From: Limisphaerales bacterium | Lineage (GTDB): Bacteria > Verrucomicrobiota > Verrucomicrobiia > Limisphaerales > JAJOIW01 | Reading direction: 5' to 3' | DNA length: 64,000 bases | Assembly: GCA_965657355.1 (NCBI GenBank) | Contig: CBFHOE010000003.1 | Coordinates: 96,001-160,000, forward strand | Shown: positions 27,802 through 38,315 of the stretch, piece by piece | How the letters are laid out: each line of letters begins with the position of its first letter | Position numbering within the stretch: position 1 is the first letter of the stretch | Made by a program: the position numbers and the translations under genes | The notes under the pieces: generated by a model | Seen by the model: only the letters and a program-made list of their open reading frames with translations | The model's database searches: none | What the model was told of the DNA's origin: nothing

Positions 27802-29559
27802 ATGGAGATGGAAGGCCTGACCAAAGACGAAATCTCCGATATTTTGGAAGAAATTGGAACACTACTGGAGCTCAAAGAAGAAAACACTTTTAAAATTCGA
27901 GCCTACACTAATGGTGCTCGAGCGCTGCGAACTTTGGACGGCGATATAGAAGACTTAATATCGCAAGATACATTAAAAGAAGTAAAAGGTATAGGAAGTG
28001 CCCTAACTTTAAAAATAACTGAATTAGCCAAGACTGGCGAATTACAGTTTTACAAAGATTTAAAAAAATCGGTTGAGCCTGGTCTTATTGAAATGCTTGA
28101 TATACCCGGTATGGGGCCAAAGAAGGTCGTCGCTCTCCATGCTCAACTTAATATTAAAACAGTCAGTGAGCTTAAAACAGCTTGTAAGGACGATAGAGTT
28201 GCCACTCTTCCTGGTTTTGGGAAGAAAACACAAGAGAAGATTCTTGCTGGCATAGAATACAGGAAACAATACGCAAGTCACATACGACTAGATGAAGCAC
28301 ACCAGCTTGCGGAGACAATAATTGAGGAATTAAGAAATCATCCAGATGTTATCCGCTCATCGGTTGCTGGAAGTTTCAGGAGGTCTAAGGAAATAATTGG
28401 TGATTTAGATTTTCTAGTTTCGGCAAAGGATGGAAGAGATATATCAAATTATTTTGTTTCCATGGATTTGGTAAAGGATGTCATTGCCCATGGAGAAACT
28501 AAATCTAGTGTGAGATTAATACAAGGAACTCAAGCAGATTTACGAGTTGTAACAGACGATGAATTTCCCTTTGCTCTCCACTATTTTACGGGCAGTAAAG
28601 AGCACAATATTGGTATGCGCCAGCGTGCCATTAAAAAAGGGTTGCGACTGAATGAATACGGACTCTTTAAATCAGACAAGGAAACCAAAGATAAAAATCT
28701 AAGGGTGACATGCCGTAGTGAGGAGGACATTTTCTCTGAACTAGGTATGGATTTTATTCCCCCGGAGATGCGTGAGGATAATGGCGAATTTGAATTGGCA
28801 GAATCATCAAAAGTTCCAAGACTTATCGAATGGACGCAACTAAAAGGATCTCTTCATAATCATACGAATTGGAGTGATGGGATTCATTCGCTGGGCGAGA
28901 CAGCCGAGTATATGCGAGAACTCGGTCTTCAGTATTGGGCGATTACTGACCATTCAAAATCAAGTTTTCAAGCTAGTGGGCTCGATGAAAAAAAATTAGC
29001 CCAACAGGTGGCTGAGATCCAAAAAATAAATACAAATTACGAGAGCACTGGAATTGATTTCAGGCTCTTATCAGGGACTGAAGTTGATATTCTGAACGAA
29101 GGTGTTTTAGATTTTCAGGACAGCATTCTTTGTGAACTAGATGTTGTGGTTGCCAGTATTCATAACGGGTTTACTCAATCCAAGAGCGTTATGACAAAGA
29201 GAATCATTAAGGCCATTGAGAATCCTAACGTGGATATTTTAGGGCATATGACCGGGAGGCTGTTACTGGCACGTGAGCCCTACCAGCTAGACATAAAAAA
29301 AATCATTGATGCCTGTGCTGCAAATGGCACCTGGATTGAACTTAACGCAAGTCCTTACCGGCTTGATTTGGATTGGAGGCATTGGAGACATGCTATTTCA
29401 AAAGGTGTAAAATGTGTTATAAATCCCGACGCTCATCGTAATGAACATGCTGGCTATTTAAAATTGGCAACCTCAGTAGCGAGAAAGGCAGGATTGACTC
29501 CTGGTGATGTCATTAACAGTCTGCCTTTAAATGATCTACTCAGTAAATTACACCCATAA
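27802..29559 (+). CDS. polX: DNA polymerase X with C-terminal PHP (3'-5' exonuclease) domain
   Basis: ENTFKIRAY, HhH motifs, AGSFRR, GDLDFL, ADLRV, FTGSKEHN, LHNHTNWSDG, ITDHS, NPDAH. Confidence 0.93.
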   Translation: MEMEGLTKDEISDILEEIGTLLELKEENTFKIRAYTNGARALRTLDGDIEDLISQDTLKEVKGIGSALTLKITELAKTGELQFYKDLKKSVEPGLIEMLDIPGMGPKKVVALHAQLNIKTVSELKTACKDDRVATLPGFGKKTQEKILAGIEYRKQYASHIRLDEAHQLAETIIEELRNHPDVIRSSVAGSFRRSKEIIGDLDFLVSAKDGRDISNYFVSMDLVKDVIAHGETKSSVRLIQGTQADLRVVTDDEFPFALHYFTGSKEHNIGMRQRAIKKGLRLNEYGLFKSDKETKDKNLRVTCRSEEDIFSELGMDFIPPEMREDNGEFELAESSKVPRLIEWTQLKGSLHNHTNWSDGIHSLGETAEYMRELGLQYWAITDHSKSSFQASGLDEKKLAQQVAEIQKINTNYESTGIDFRLLSGTEVDILNEGVLDFQDSILCELDVVVASIHNGFTQSKSVMTKRIIKAIENPNVDILGHMTGRLLLAREPYQLDIKKIIDACAANGTWIELNASPYRLDLDWRHWRHAISKGVKCVINPDAHRNEHAGYLKLATSVARKAGLTPGDVINSLPLNDLLSKLHP

Positions 29560-29841
29560 TTGTTCAATGAATTTGATATTTCGAGACCTCGCGCCTCAAA
29601 TAGCCCAAGGAAGCGAAATTGGAATATGAAATTCACCCAAAGTTCCTTTATAAAATAAATCCAGATTTGCCTACTTATACTGGGGCTTAACTTTTATAAT
29701 GGAATCAGTTTGTTGATAAGTCTCAGATCATGAATCCATGCATTAATTCAAAATCAATGGATGGTTCTCTGGTTCTTCGGGGCAACATCGAGTCCAATTA
29801 AAATATGAAGAGTAGCTATAAAGATGTAAATTGAACACGCG

Positions 29842-30789
29842 TCATCCTCCTCGTGTTGTCATGCCTGGCTGCTTGTCTTGATAATGATTCAATATAAAAT
29901 TTTTTGCTTCCAGTGGATCTGAGGATGGTAAAATTTGTGATGGGGGCATTTGGTTCCGAAACCAAGTTCGTTGCCTTTTTGCAAATTGTCTCGTTTTTAT
30001 TTTTATCGACTCGACAGCATCCTGAAGCTCTGTGTCACCTTGGAGGTAGGAAATGATTTGGCGATACCCGATGGCCTGAGCAGCAGAATGGTTTTGTAGA
30101 ATACCCTCATCGATTAATCTAGATGTTTCCTCCACTAGCCCATTTTCAAGCATCTTATCCACACGCTGCTCCATTTTCTTGAGATGATCTTCTAATTCTG
30201 GCTGTATGACGTATACACATTTTGGCCAGTTTGAGATATTTTGATCCCAAGGAGATTTTAAATCCTTTGGGGGTCGACCGGTGAGTCTTACAATTTCTAT
30301 GGCTCGAATTAATCTTCTAGGATTATCTTTATCGATATAATTGAATGTTGATGGGGCTTCAGATTTTAGAATGATCTGTAATTCTTCTAGTGTGAGTTTT
30401 TCTAGATTTTTTCTTAGCTCTGCATCCTTTGGCGGGGCTGTTCCAATCCCTTGGAAAAAAGCTTTTAAGTATAACCCCGTTCCTCCACAAAAAATAGGAA
30501 CACGACCTCTTTCAAATATCTCTTGGTATAATTTGGATGCTTTATCAATGAACTTAGCGACATCGAACTCTTCAACGACAGAGCAAATGTCAATCATATG
30601 GTGAGGGACAGTCATCTGTTCTTTTTTAGAAACTTTTGCCGTTCCCACATCCATCCCCTTGTAGACTTGCATCGAATCAACCGAGATAATTTCACCAGAC
30701 AGTTCTTTGGCAATTTTTATAGCGAGGTCAGATTTGCCAGAACCCGTAGGACCAGTAATTATGATGGGATTTGGACTCATGCCATCCAT
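29842..30789 (-). CDS. miaA: tRNA dimethylallyltransferase
   Basis: GPTGSGKS, SVDSMQVY, GTAK, GGTGLY, QAIGY, FAKRQRTWFR. Confidence 0.95.
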   Translation of the reverse strand: MDGMSPNPIIITGPTGSGKSDLAIKIAKELSGEIISVDSMQVYKGMDVGTAKVSKKEQMTVPHHMIDICSVVEEFDVAKFIDKASKLYQEIFERGRVPIFCGGTGLYLKAFFQGIGTAPPKDAELRKNLEKLTLEELQIILKSEAPSTFNYIDKDNPRRLIRAIEIVRLTGRPPKDLKSPWDQNISNWPKCVYVIQPELEDHLKKMEQRVDKMLENGLVEETSRLIDEGILQNHSAAQAIGYRQIISYLQGDTELQDAVESIKIKTRQFAKRQRTWFRNQMPPSQILPSSDPLEAKNFILNHYQDKQPGMTTRGG

Positions 30790-30800
30790 AGAAAAATGTT

Positions 30801-31403
30801 TCAGGAGTTTTTTTCTGAAGATGTATTTTTCAAACCCTCAGTTTCGGAAGGTTGGGCTTTTTCTTTGCTCAAGGCTTGTTTGCGCGCCTCTTTTGCTGAC
30901 AAAAGAAAAATGAGCCCAATGCCGGTAGTAATTGCCGTATCAGCTACATTGAAAGCAGGGAAACCGATTTCTGAGACGATGACACTGCCTGACTTTCTTT
31001 GTGTGTAAAAGAAAAGAAAATCAACGACATAATTATGTACTAATCTATCAATTAAATTTCCAACGATCCCACCATTGATCAGGCCCATGGCCCACCTGCC
31101 AAGAGCATGATGAATCTCGAAAAAACTTCGGAAGAAAAAGATGGCCACAATTGCTCCCATTGCAATTATGGCAAGTAGATGGTTTTGGCCAGAAAACATG
31201 CTGAAAGCTGAGCCCGTGTTTCCCCAATAAACCAGTTTAAAAAATCCCTCTATGACTGGAATTTCTTGGCTTCGAAAATCTATATTAAAATGAACTACCC
31301 ACTTCGTGAGTTGGTCTAGGGCAATAATTCCGAGAGCTATAGAGTAGACTCGTATAACATGAGATCTCTCTGACGATAATCCAGAATCTTTATCCATAAC
31401 CAC
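30801..31403 (-). CDS. lspA: Lipoprotein signal peptidase II
   Basis: DQLTK, NTGSAFS, GNLIDR, VVDF, FNVAD. Confidence 0.95.
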   Translation of the reverse strand: MVMDKDSGLSSERSHVIRVYSIALGIIALDQLTKWVVHFNIDFRSQEIPVIEGFFKLVYWGNTGSAFSMFSGQNHLLAIIAMGAIVAIFFFRSFFEIHHALGRWAMGLINGGIVGNLIDRLVHNYVVDFLFFYTQRKSGSVIVSEIGFPAFNVADTAITTGIGLIFLLSAKEARKQALSKEKAQPSETEGLKNTSSEKNS

Positions 31404-31486
31404 TTACGGTTTTCATGATTACATAAATCATAGAACAATGCAAAGCACATACGGCCTACAGTGTGTTAAGGTCGTCTACCCTTATT

Positions 31487-32452
31487 TTATTGGGCTGGGG
31501 TAAGCTTCAATAATCTAAAAGCAAAATCTAGCCATAGTGGCGTTGACGCGAATGCCACGGCTGATGTTGCGAAAATAATTTGAGTCGCTGTGTTCGCATC
31601 TCCACCATAATGTTTGGCAAGAACAACGGGAAAAACAGCACATGGCATCGCAGCTTGAATAGCTATCACAGTTGTTAGTTCGGATGTAAAATGTGACCAT
31701 CCTGCTGCCCAAATAAAAATGACGGGCATTATCCCAATTCTTATACCTAGAGAGAGCATCCAAGCCCCTGGCTTCCCGAGTGCCTTTAAACCTTTTATAT
31801 GGTCTGCCATGGCCATTCCAACCAAAAGAATGCCAACAGGAATTGTGCACCCACTCAAGACCTCGATGAGATTCCACAATGGGGCAGGGATCATTTCCCC
31901 TAGATCTAAAATTCGAATGAGAACACAACAAACCAAAGCGATCAAAGGAGGGTTTAATATTCTTTTGATGACCTGCCGAACGGAGTTTGATCCAGCCATC
32001 ATTGGCATTCCAAACATCCATAGTCCAACCTCCACTCCGACATTGAAGACAAATAAGACTCCCAGAGTGGCTTGGTCAAAAAGTGCGCTGATAATGGGAA
32101 TCGGTATATAACCGTAATTGAACACACCTGTCGTGTAAGCAAAAGCTTTCACGCTTCTTTTCTCTACTTTTCTTAAAAAAATTTTACTGAAGAACCATGA
32201 AATAAGGATTCCGGTCGCTACCAATAAAAATCCCATTAATGGGGGCCAAATGATATTTGCTTTGTTGTCAAATGCCGGGTTTCTTGCAACTACATTAACA
32301 ACCAGGCATGGCACCCATAAATTGATCAACAATTTAAATAGAGTTTTCTCCGTTTCACCAGAGACGATTTCTCTTTTCCTTAGAGCGAAACCAAGGGCTA
32401 CGATGAGGTAGACTGGAATGACTGCCCCTAAAATTATTGATATGGTTTCCAA
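31487..32452 (-). CDS. AEC (auxin efflux carrier) family transporter
   Basis: About 10 TM segments; NYGYIPIP, NPPLIA and AAMPCA motifs. Confidence 0.85.
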   Translation of the reverse strand: METISIILGAVIPVYLIVALGFALRKREIVSGETEKTLFKLLINLWVPCLVVNVVARNPAFDNKANIIWPPLMGFLLVATGILISWFFSKIFLRKVEKRSVKAFAYTTGVFNYGYIPIPIISALFDQATLGVLFVFNVGVEVGLWMFGMPMMAGSNSVRQVIKRILNPPLIALVCCVLIRILDLGEMIPAPLWNLIEVLSGCTIPVGILLVGMAMADHIKGLKALGKPGAWMLSLGIRIGIMPVIFIWAAGWSHFTSELTTVIAIQAAMPCAVFPVVLAKHYGGDANTATQIIFATSAVAFASTPLWLDFAFRLLKLTPAQ

Positions 32453-32493
32453 TGGGTTTGCTCTAATCCCTCAGCTAAGATTGAATGGGCCGC

Positions 32494-33024
32494 TCAATTA
32501 TTCGAAATCACATAGTGACTCATGGCCATGAATTCTGCCGCTTGGACATTCTCGTAATTGGGGTTTTTAATATCTTTTTGACAATGATCGACAAATTTAG
32601 CAGGTTCCCATTCACCCGAATAATCAGCGTTAAGGTCTGAAATGTATTTTGTAATCAATGTATCAAATTGGCTCTGGTTATCCAAAGGATAAGCCCTCCG
32701 GAACCAGTATTTCGCATTTCCAAAATCTTCCTCCCGCCTGTGCATCATGCCATGAATATAGCTAGCCTCTGGGTGGCCCATGCTTTGGACAATGCTGTGC
32801 GATGGTTCCAGGAAATCATTCCATAAAAGAACCAGAGCATGCAGAAACTTTCTGGTATCGTCGCTTAACGAGAATTCTTCATTAAGTGAGGATATCCAGC
32901 GATTTATTTGTGATTGGTCCAAAGCATTTTCTCTTTTTTCATCTCCAAGTCCTGGTTTATTTGATGCAGGGAGGGCTTCCAACACCTTTTCGACAAGAGC
33001 TTGATCAGTGTCATCTTGTGCCAT
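32494..33024 (-). CDS. Conserved hypothetical protein
   Basis: Helical ORF with a SHSIVQ...YIHGMMHRREEDFGNAKYWFRR block typical of a widespread uncharacterised family. Confidence 0.75.
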   Translation of the reverse strand: MAQDDTDQALVEKVLEALPASNKPGLGDEKRENALDQSQINRWISSLNEEFSLSDDTRKFLHALVLLWNDFLEPSHSIVQSMGHPEASYIHGMMHRREEDFGNAKYWFRRAYPLDNQSQFDTLITKYISDLNADYSGEWEPAKFVDHCQKDIKNPNYENVQAAEFMAMSHYVISNN

Positions 33025-33086
33025 AATTTTTGATAATGATTGGAGGTACTAAAAAGTTCCAGCTAAATCCTGAATCCTATTCGTAG

Positions 33087-33118
33087 AAAAAAATCCCCAA
33101 TGATCTGGCATTGGGGAT
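33087..33118 (-). terminator. Rho-independent terminator after rpoD
   Basis: 10-bp perfect stem atccccaatg/cattggggat, 6-nt loop, followed by a U-tract on the minus strand. Confidence 0.85.
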
Positions 33119-33149
33119 GTATATAAATCGTTTTTGTAAGCCTTAAAAT

Positions 33150-35432
33150 CTAGAGTGCCTCGTCTGAGTCTAGGAATCCAGCCAGCATTCTTATACGCGT
33201 TGGGTGTCTTAACTTTCTGAGTCCTTTGGCTTCTATTTGACGAATTCTTTCTCTGGTAACCTGGAATTTTTTACCGATTTCTTCCAGGGTGTGACCGTAA
33301 CCATCCCGAAGACCGAATCGCATCTCTAAGATCTGGCGTTCTCTTTCTGTTAAGCTACAAAGAACATCGTTCAGCTTTTCTTTGAGCAAGCTGTAGCTGG
33401 TCTGGTCTAGAGGATTTTCTGCGTCTTTATCCTCGATAAAGTCTCCAAAGCTTGCGTCCCCGTCATCGCCGACCGTAGCTTGCATTGAGATAGGGTGCTG
33501 CGCCATCTTGAACGCGGCTCTTACTCTTTCGACCGGCATTTCCATCTCTTCAGCGATTTCTTCAGGAGTTGCTTCTCTACCGTATTCTTGAAGTAGCTGT
33601 TTCTGAACACGCATCATCTTATTGATGATCTCTATCATGTGGACTGGAATCCTGATCGTTCTCGCTTGGTCCGCGATAGATCTGGTGATTGCCTGTCTAA
33701 TCCACCATGTGGCGTAAGTACTGAATTTGTATCCTCTTCGATACTCAAATTTTTCCACACCTTTCATGAGGCCCATATTTCCTTCTTGGATGAGGTCAAG
33801 GAATGATAAGCCCCTATTCATATACTTTTTGGCAATCGATATTACCAAACGGAGGTTTGCCTCCACCATTTCGGTTTTTGCTTTGTGAGCGAGTTCTGCG
33901 TAATGCTTCAGTTGCTTGTAGGACTCGAGGAATTTCTCAACCGGCATCCGAACGAATTCCTCGAGGGTAGAAAGTTTATTTTCCTCGGCCTCGATAGCCA
34001 TGTCCAGTGCTTTAGACTTTTTCTGTGGCTTCAAAGATTTTAAAGCTGTGAGTCCTTGCTGGAAGGTTTCGTGAATATTGTCAGCTACAAGGGTCATATC
34101 TTCTAGGACCTTTTGCTTGTAGTAAAATTTAGGAAAAGTTGAGGATAATTTTTTATCTAACTTAAGAAACTCGCCATGAACTCTATCTCTGCTCTTAGGC
34201 GACTCTTCTGATTTCCATTGATTATACTTATCATCGACCTCTTCATCATATTTGCTGACTTTTTTGATCAACTTTCTGAGATCATTGAGGTGTACTTCAC
34301 GAGTATCAATTTTTTTGTCTTGAATGACGCGATCAAATCTTTCTTTGGGTGGCTCAGAAATCAGTTTCTCTGCCAAAGCGATATGCTCTTTTCCAGTAAA
34401 GCCAAAACTATAGACTATACGGGTCACTTCATTTTCCGCGTCTTCGATTCTTTTACATATTTCGACTTCTTGTTCCCTGGTAAGAAGTGGGACTTTACCC
34501 ATCTGCTTCATATACATGCGAACAGGGTCGTCAAGAATATCAAGTTGGGCTTTGTCTTCGTCCGCTTCGTTATCAGCTTTTCTATTCTCTATTTCACTCT
34601 GTTCTACAATATCGATATCCAGAGATCTGAGCTTGCTGAAGACTTCATCCATGTCTTCAGAACTGACAAATTTTTCCGGCAATGCAGACTCAATATCTGA
34701 GTATGTCAAATAACCTTGATCTCTCGCCAAGGAAATAAGCTCTTTAATTTTTTCTTTTAAATCTGCGTTCGTAATCCCTTCAGAGATTTCCGCTTCGGTC
34801 AGAGGCTTAACACCCGCTGGCTTCTTATCCTCTGAATCTTTATCCGTGCTTTTGCCCGAGTTCTTTACTTTCTCTACTGCAGCCTCTTTCTTCTCATCAG
34901 ATTTTTTGGCTGCAACTTTTTTGCGGGCAGTTTTAGCAACTTTTTTGACCACAGCCGCTTTTTTGGTCGCTGTTTTTTTATTGGTCGTTTTTGCCACCTT
35001 TTTCACAGCCGCCACCTTTTTCACAGCTGCCGCTTTTTTCACAGCTGCCGCTTTTTTCACGATAGTTTTCTTTTTAGTTGTTTTCTTAGCGGTGGTTTTT
35101 TTTGGTGTTTTGGATTCCGCTAATTTTTTGGTGGCTGCCTTTTTAGCCAATGGCTTTTTTTTGGTGGCCGCTTTGGCAACCTTTTTGGAGGCAGTTTTTG
35201 GTGTTTTTTTAGCGTCAGAGGAGGTTTTTTTTGTTGGGCTTGCTTTTTTTGCCGTCACTTTTTTCGCAGCACCTTTCTTTTTAGTGGTCCGAGTATTTGC
35301 CTTAGTTTTACCCGCGGCCACTTTTTTGGTGGTTGCGCTTCTCTTCGCTACGGGCTGCTTTTTCGCAGCCGCTTTCTTAGCTGTTTTTTTGGAATCTTTT
35401 GAGGATCCGGTCTTCGATTTCTTTTGAGCCAT
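33150..35432 (-). CDS. rpoD: Primary sigma factor RpoD with a ~200-aa Lys/Ala-rich N-terminal extension
   Basis: Region 1.1 (GYLTYSDI), [45 protein letters not shown]...[10 protein letters not shown]. Confidence 0.96.
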   Translation of the reverse strand: MAQKKSKTGSSKDSKKTAKKAAAKKQPVAKRSATTKKVAAGKTKANTRTTKKKGAAKKVTAKKASPTKKTSSDAKKTPKTASKKVAKAATKKKPLAKKAATKKLAESKTPKKTTAKKTTKKKTIVKKAAAVKKAAAVKKVAAVKKVAKTTNKKTATKKAAVVKKVAKTARKKVAAKKSDEKKEAAVEKVKNSGKSTDKDSEDKKPAGVKPLTEAEISEGITNADLKEKIKELISLARDQGYLTYSDIESALPEKFVSSEDMDEVFSKLRSLDIDIVEQSEIENRKADNEADEDKAQLDILDDPVRMYMKQMGKVPLLTREQEVEICKRIEDAENEVTRIVYSFGFTGKEHIALAEKLISEPPKERFDRVIQDKKIDTREVHLNDLRKLIKKVSKYDEEVDDKYNQWKSEESPKSRDRVHGEFLKLDKKLSSTFPKFYYKQKVLEDMTLVADNIHETFQQGLTALKSLKPQKKSKALDMAIEAEENKLSTLEEFVRMPVEKFLESYKQLKHYAELAHKAKTEMVEANLRLVISIAKKYMNRGLSFLDLIQEGNMGLMKGVEKFEYRRGYKFSTYATWWIRQAITRSIADQARTIRIPVHMIEIINKMMRVQKQLLQEYGREATPEEIAEEMEMPVERVRAAFKMAQHPISMQATVGDDGDASFGDFIEDKDAENPLDQTSYSLLKEKLNDVLCSLTERERQILEMRFGLRDGYGHTLEEIGKKFQVTRERIRQIEAKGLRKLRHPTRIRMLAGFLDSDEAL
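34993..35060 (-). repeat. Four tandem 18-bp units encoding VKK(A/V)AA in the RpoD extension
   Basis: Plus-strand units gccacctttttcacagcc, gccacctttttcacagct, gccgcttttttcacagct and gccgcttttttcac. Confidence 0.9.
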
Positions 35433-35543
35433 AGACTATGCCGGTGCGACTTCGGTCAAAAATTAGCGGGTCATTATCCTTCTTAATTTCACAAAGTCAA
35501 CCTGTAAAATAAAACAGATCCTTAGGCGTTCGAAGCAAACGAT

Positions 35544-36083
35544 TTAGACATTTTCTAAATCCCTGGCTTTCAGCCAAAAATAATCTGAAAGTCGATTGAG
35601 ATAAACTTTTATGATAGGATTCAGATCTTGGTCGTCATATCCCACTTTCACGACTTCCCTTTCAGCCCTGCGGCAAACCGTTCTGCACAAATCGGAAAAT
35701 GAAGCCGCTTTATTTCCTCCCGGCAGTGCCCATCCTTCAAATTTAATATTTTTAGCCTCTGTTATTTTTATAAATTCCTCTAATCCTGCCACATCTGATT
35801 CTTTAATGGCCTCAAAGCCGGATGAAATGTAATTATTCTTGTCTTCCGGAGCAGTCGCCAATTCACCCATCAGGTTGATAAGTTGCCTTTGTATTCCTTC
35901 TAATTCGCTGATTTCTTTATCACTATTTGGCAAATCTCTTAAGTGGGCTTTTAATAATCCAATTGCCGCATTGAGTTCATCAACCTCCCCACAGGCATAA
36001 ACTCTTAGAGAATCTTTTCGAGTTCTTTTACCAAATAAGAGGCTTGTCTCACCTTGATCACCAGTTTTAGTCACAATACTCAC
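35544..36083 (-). CDS. Cob(I)alamin adenosyltransferase, PduO type
   Basis: TKTGDQGET, GEVDELNA, RTVCRRAER, YLNRLSD. Confidence 0.92.
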   Translation of the reverse strand: MSIVTKTGDQGETSLLFGKRTRKDSLRVYACGEVDELNAAIGLLKAHLRDLPNSDKEISELEGIQRQLINLMGELATAPEDKNNYISSGFEAIKESDVAGLEEFIKITEAKNIKFEGWALPGGNKAASFSDLCRTVCRRAEREVVKVGYDDQDLNPIIKVYLNRLSDYFWLKARDLENV

Positions 36084-36276
36084 TTGGCCAGATTATGATA
36101 ATTTCTTAGTTTCTCAAGTTTTCTGACACACTATTGGTCAAGTTTAACCGTATAGAAGTGGTGATAATTGCTCTGCCTGGGCGAAAAAAAACAAAATGAT
36201 GTGCTAATTTTTAGCCATCTAATATACTCATGATTAAAATGAATGAATTTACTTACTTGTTTGAGCAAAAAATATT

Positions 36277-36293
36277 TTGGCAAAGTAAATGCG
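36277..36293 (+). promoter_or_regulatory. Candidate sigma-54 (-24/-12) promoter for amtB-glnK
   Basis: TTGGCAAAGTAAATGCG: GG(36279-80)-N10-GC(36291-92) just upstream of a nitrogen-regulated operon. Confidence 0.55.
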
Positions 36294-36309
36294 GGCAATG
36301 ATTCGCTCT

Positions 36310-37638
36310 ATGAATAGAATCCTATCATTCCGGGGGAAAATCGGTATTTTCGCCTTTTTATTGTTAACTTTTCCAACCCTATTGTCTGCGGCCGAGGAAG
36401 GTGCTCCTACCATCGATAAATCGGATACTGCCTGGATTATGGCAGCCAGTGCCTTGGTGCTATTTATGACCATACCCGGTTTAGCTTTCTTTTACGGTGG
36501 TTTGGTGCACAAACGAAATGTATTGAGTGTCCTCATGCAGTGCTTTGCAATCACCTCTGTGATGACTGTAATATGGACTTTGTTTGGATACTCACTGGCT
36601 TTCTCTGAAACGGCGGGAGGATCTCTCGGAAAATTCATAGGCGGTTTTGATTTGGCACTGCTTAAAGGTGGCCAGTTTGAAGAGCTTTCTGGCAGTATCC
36701 CACTATTTCTTCATTTTGGATTTCAGATGACTTTTTTTATCATCACTCCTGCTCTAATGGTTGGGGCTTTTGTGGAAAGAATGAAGTTCTCTGCAATTAT
36801 GCTTTTCTGCATTTTATGGGCTATCCTCGTTTACTTGCCTGTTTGTCACATGGTGTGGGGGGGCAACGGCATCTTATTTGACATGGGGGTCATCGACCTC
36901 GCGGGTGGTATTGTAGTCCATATTACGGCTGGGGTCGGTGCATTAGTTGCCTGTATCGTGGCTGGTCCTCGCAAAGGTTACCCTAAATCCACTTTTATGC
37001 CGCACAATCTCCCCATGACAGTCTGTGGTACCGGCATGCTTTGGGTAGGTTGGTATGGATTTAACGGAGGTAGTTTTCTTGCTGCCGACGGCAATGCTGC
37101 ACTCGCTATTGTTGTGACCCACATCAGCGCTTCGGTTGCCTCAATCGTCTGGTCGTCCATAGAATGGGCTATCCACGGTAAGCCAAGTGTTTTGGGTTTT
37201 GTCACCGGAGCGATCGCCGGCCTTGCTGCCATAACGCCTGCTGCTGGCGAAGTCGGGCCGTTAGGGGCTCTCATTATCGGCTGTGTCAGTGGAGTCGTTT
37301 GTTTTTGGGCTTCCACATCACTTAAACGAAAACTTAATTACGACGACTCATTGGACGTATGGGGTGTGCACGGTGTAGGAGGTATTGTTGGAACTTTCCT
37401 TGTGGCCTTCCTTGCATCTGCTTCACTTGGCGGAAAACGCGGTGAGGACTACAGCATGATCAGCCAGTTAGGAACACAAAGCATTGCAATAATCGGTGTG
37501 GCTATTTACACCGCATTGATCTCATTCGTTCTTTTGAAAGTTGTTGGAGCCATCACTGGTGGACTTCGCGTGGCCGAGCAAGAAGAAAATGCAGGCCTCG
37601 ATATCACCTCTCATGGAGAAAATGCTTACAACGACTAA
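36310..37638 (+). CDS. amtB: Ammonium transporter
   Basis: DTAW...LVLFMTIPGLAFFYGG, DLAGGIVVH, GWYGFNGGS, DDSLDVWGVHGVGG, GLDITSHGENAY; start could also be 36289 or 36298. Confidence 0.95.
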   Translation: MNRILSFRGKIGIFAFLLLTFPTLLSAAEEGAPTIDKSDTAWIMAASALVLFMTIPGLAFFYGGLVHKRNVLSVLMQCFAITSVMTVIWTLFGYSLAFSETAGGSLGKFIGGFDLALLKGGQFEELSGSIPLFLHFGFQMTFFIITPALMVGAFVERMKFSAIMLFCILWAILVYLPVCHMVWGGNGILFDMGVIDLAGGIVVHITAGVGALVACIVAGPRKGYPKSTFMPHNLPMTVCGTGMLWVGWYGFNGGSFLAADGNAALAIVVTHISASVASIVWSSIEWAIHGKPSVLGFVTGAIAGLAAITPAAGEVGPLGALIIGCVSGVVCFWASTSLKRKLNYDDSLDVWGVHGVGGIVGTFLVAFLASASLGGKRGEDYSMISQLGTQSIAIIGVAIYTALISFVLLKVVGAITGGLRVAEQEENAGLDITSHGENAYND

Positions 37639-37648
37639 ATTTATTTGA

Positions 37649-38005
<357 letters not shown>

Positions 38006-38013
38006 ATTGACAA

Positions 38014-38070
38014 CAAGATGGGCTGTTCGGTGCGGTCCTAGTAACAGCCCATCTTGCTTTATTTTTGTTT
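38014..38070 (+). terminator. Rho-independent terminator after glnK
   Basis: 14-bp perfect stem caagatgggctgtt/aacagcccatcttg followed by ctttatttttgttt. Confidence 0.8.
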
Positions 38071-38315
38071 TCCGCAACTAAATTTAAATTTGTATTTTCT
38101 GCCCTTCTTACGGCTTAGCTTTTTGAGAAAAAGCCATCAAAGGACATGGCCTGTGGGCTCAGTTTTACCCCACAAAACAAGGAAACCAATCATGCCTCTA
38201 ATTGAGTTTTCAACCAATGGTTTGAGATGAGAAGGAAACTACACAATTGGCAATAGTTCTTGATCGGAGATTCTCAATTTGAAACGATCTCGGCGGCAAA
38301 CCTGGGTAATTTAGT

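Noticed and set aside
27802..29559. Possible catalytically altered (non-canonical) PolX
   Set aside because: The GDLD and ADLR catalytic aspartates and the PHP metal ligands are intact; it looks like an ordinary PolX-PHP.
29560..29841. 280-bp gap between convergent polX and miaA bounded by tgttcaat/attgaaca (possible MITE)
   Set aside because: The inverted repeat is only 8 bp, with no target-site duplication or second copy in the window.
34846..35427. 193-aa hydrophobic plus-strand ORF ([11 protein letters not shown]...) resembling a membrane protein
   Set aside because: Antisense shadow of the Lys/Ala-rich rpoD extension: AAA/AAG codons read as Phe/Leu on the other strand.
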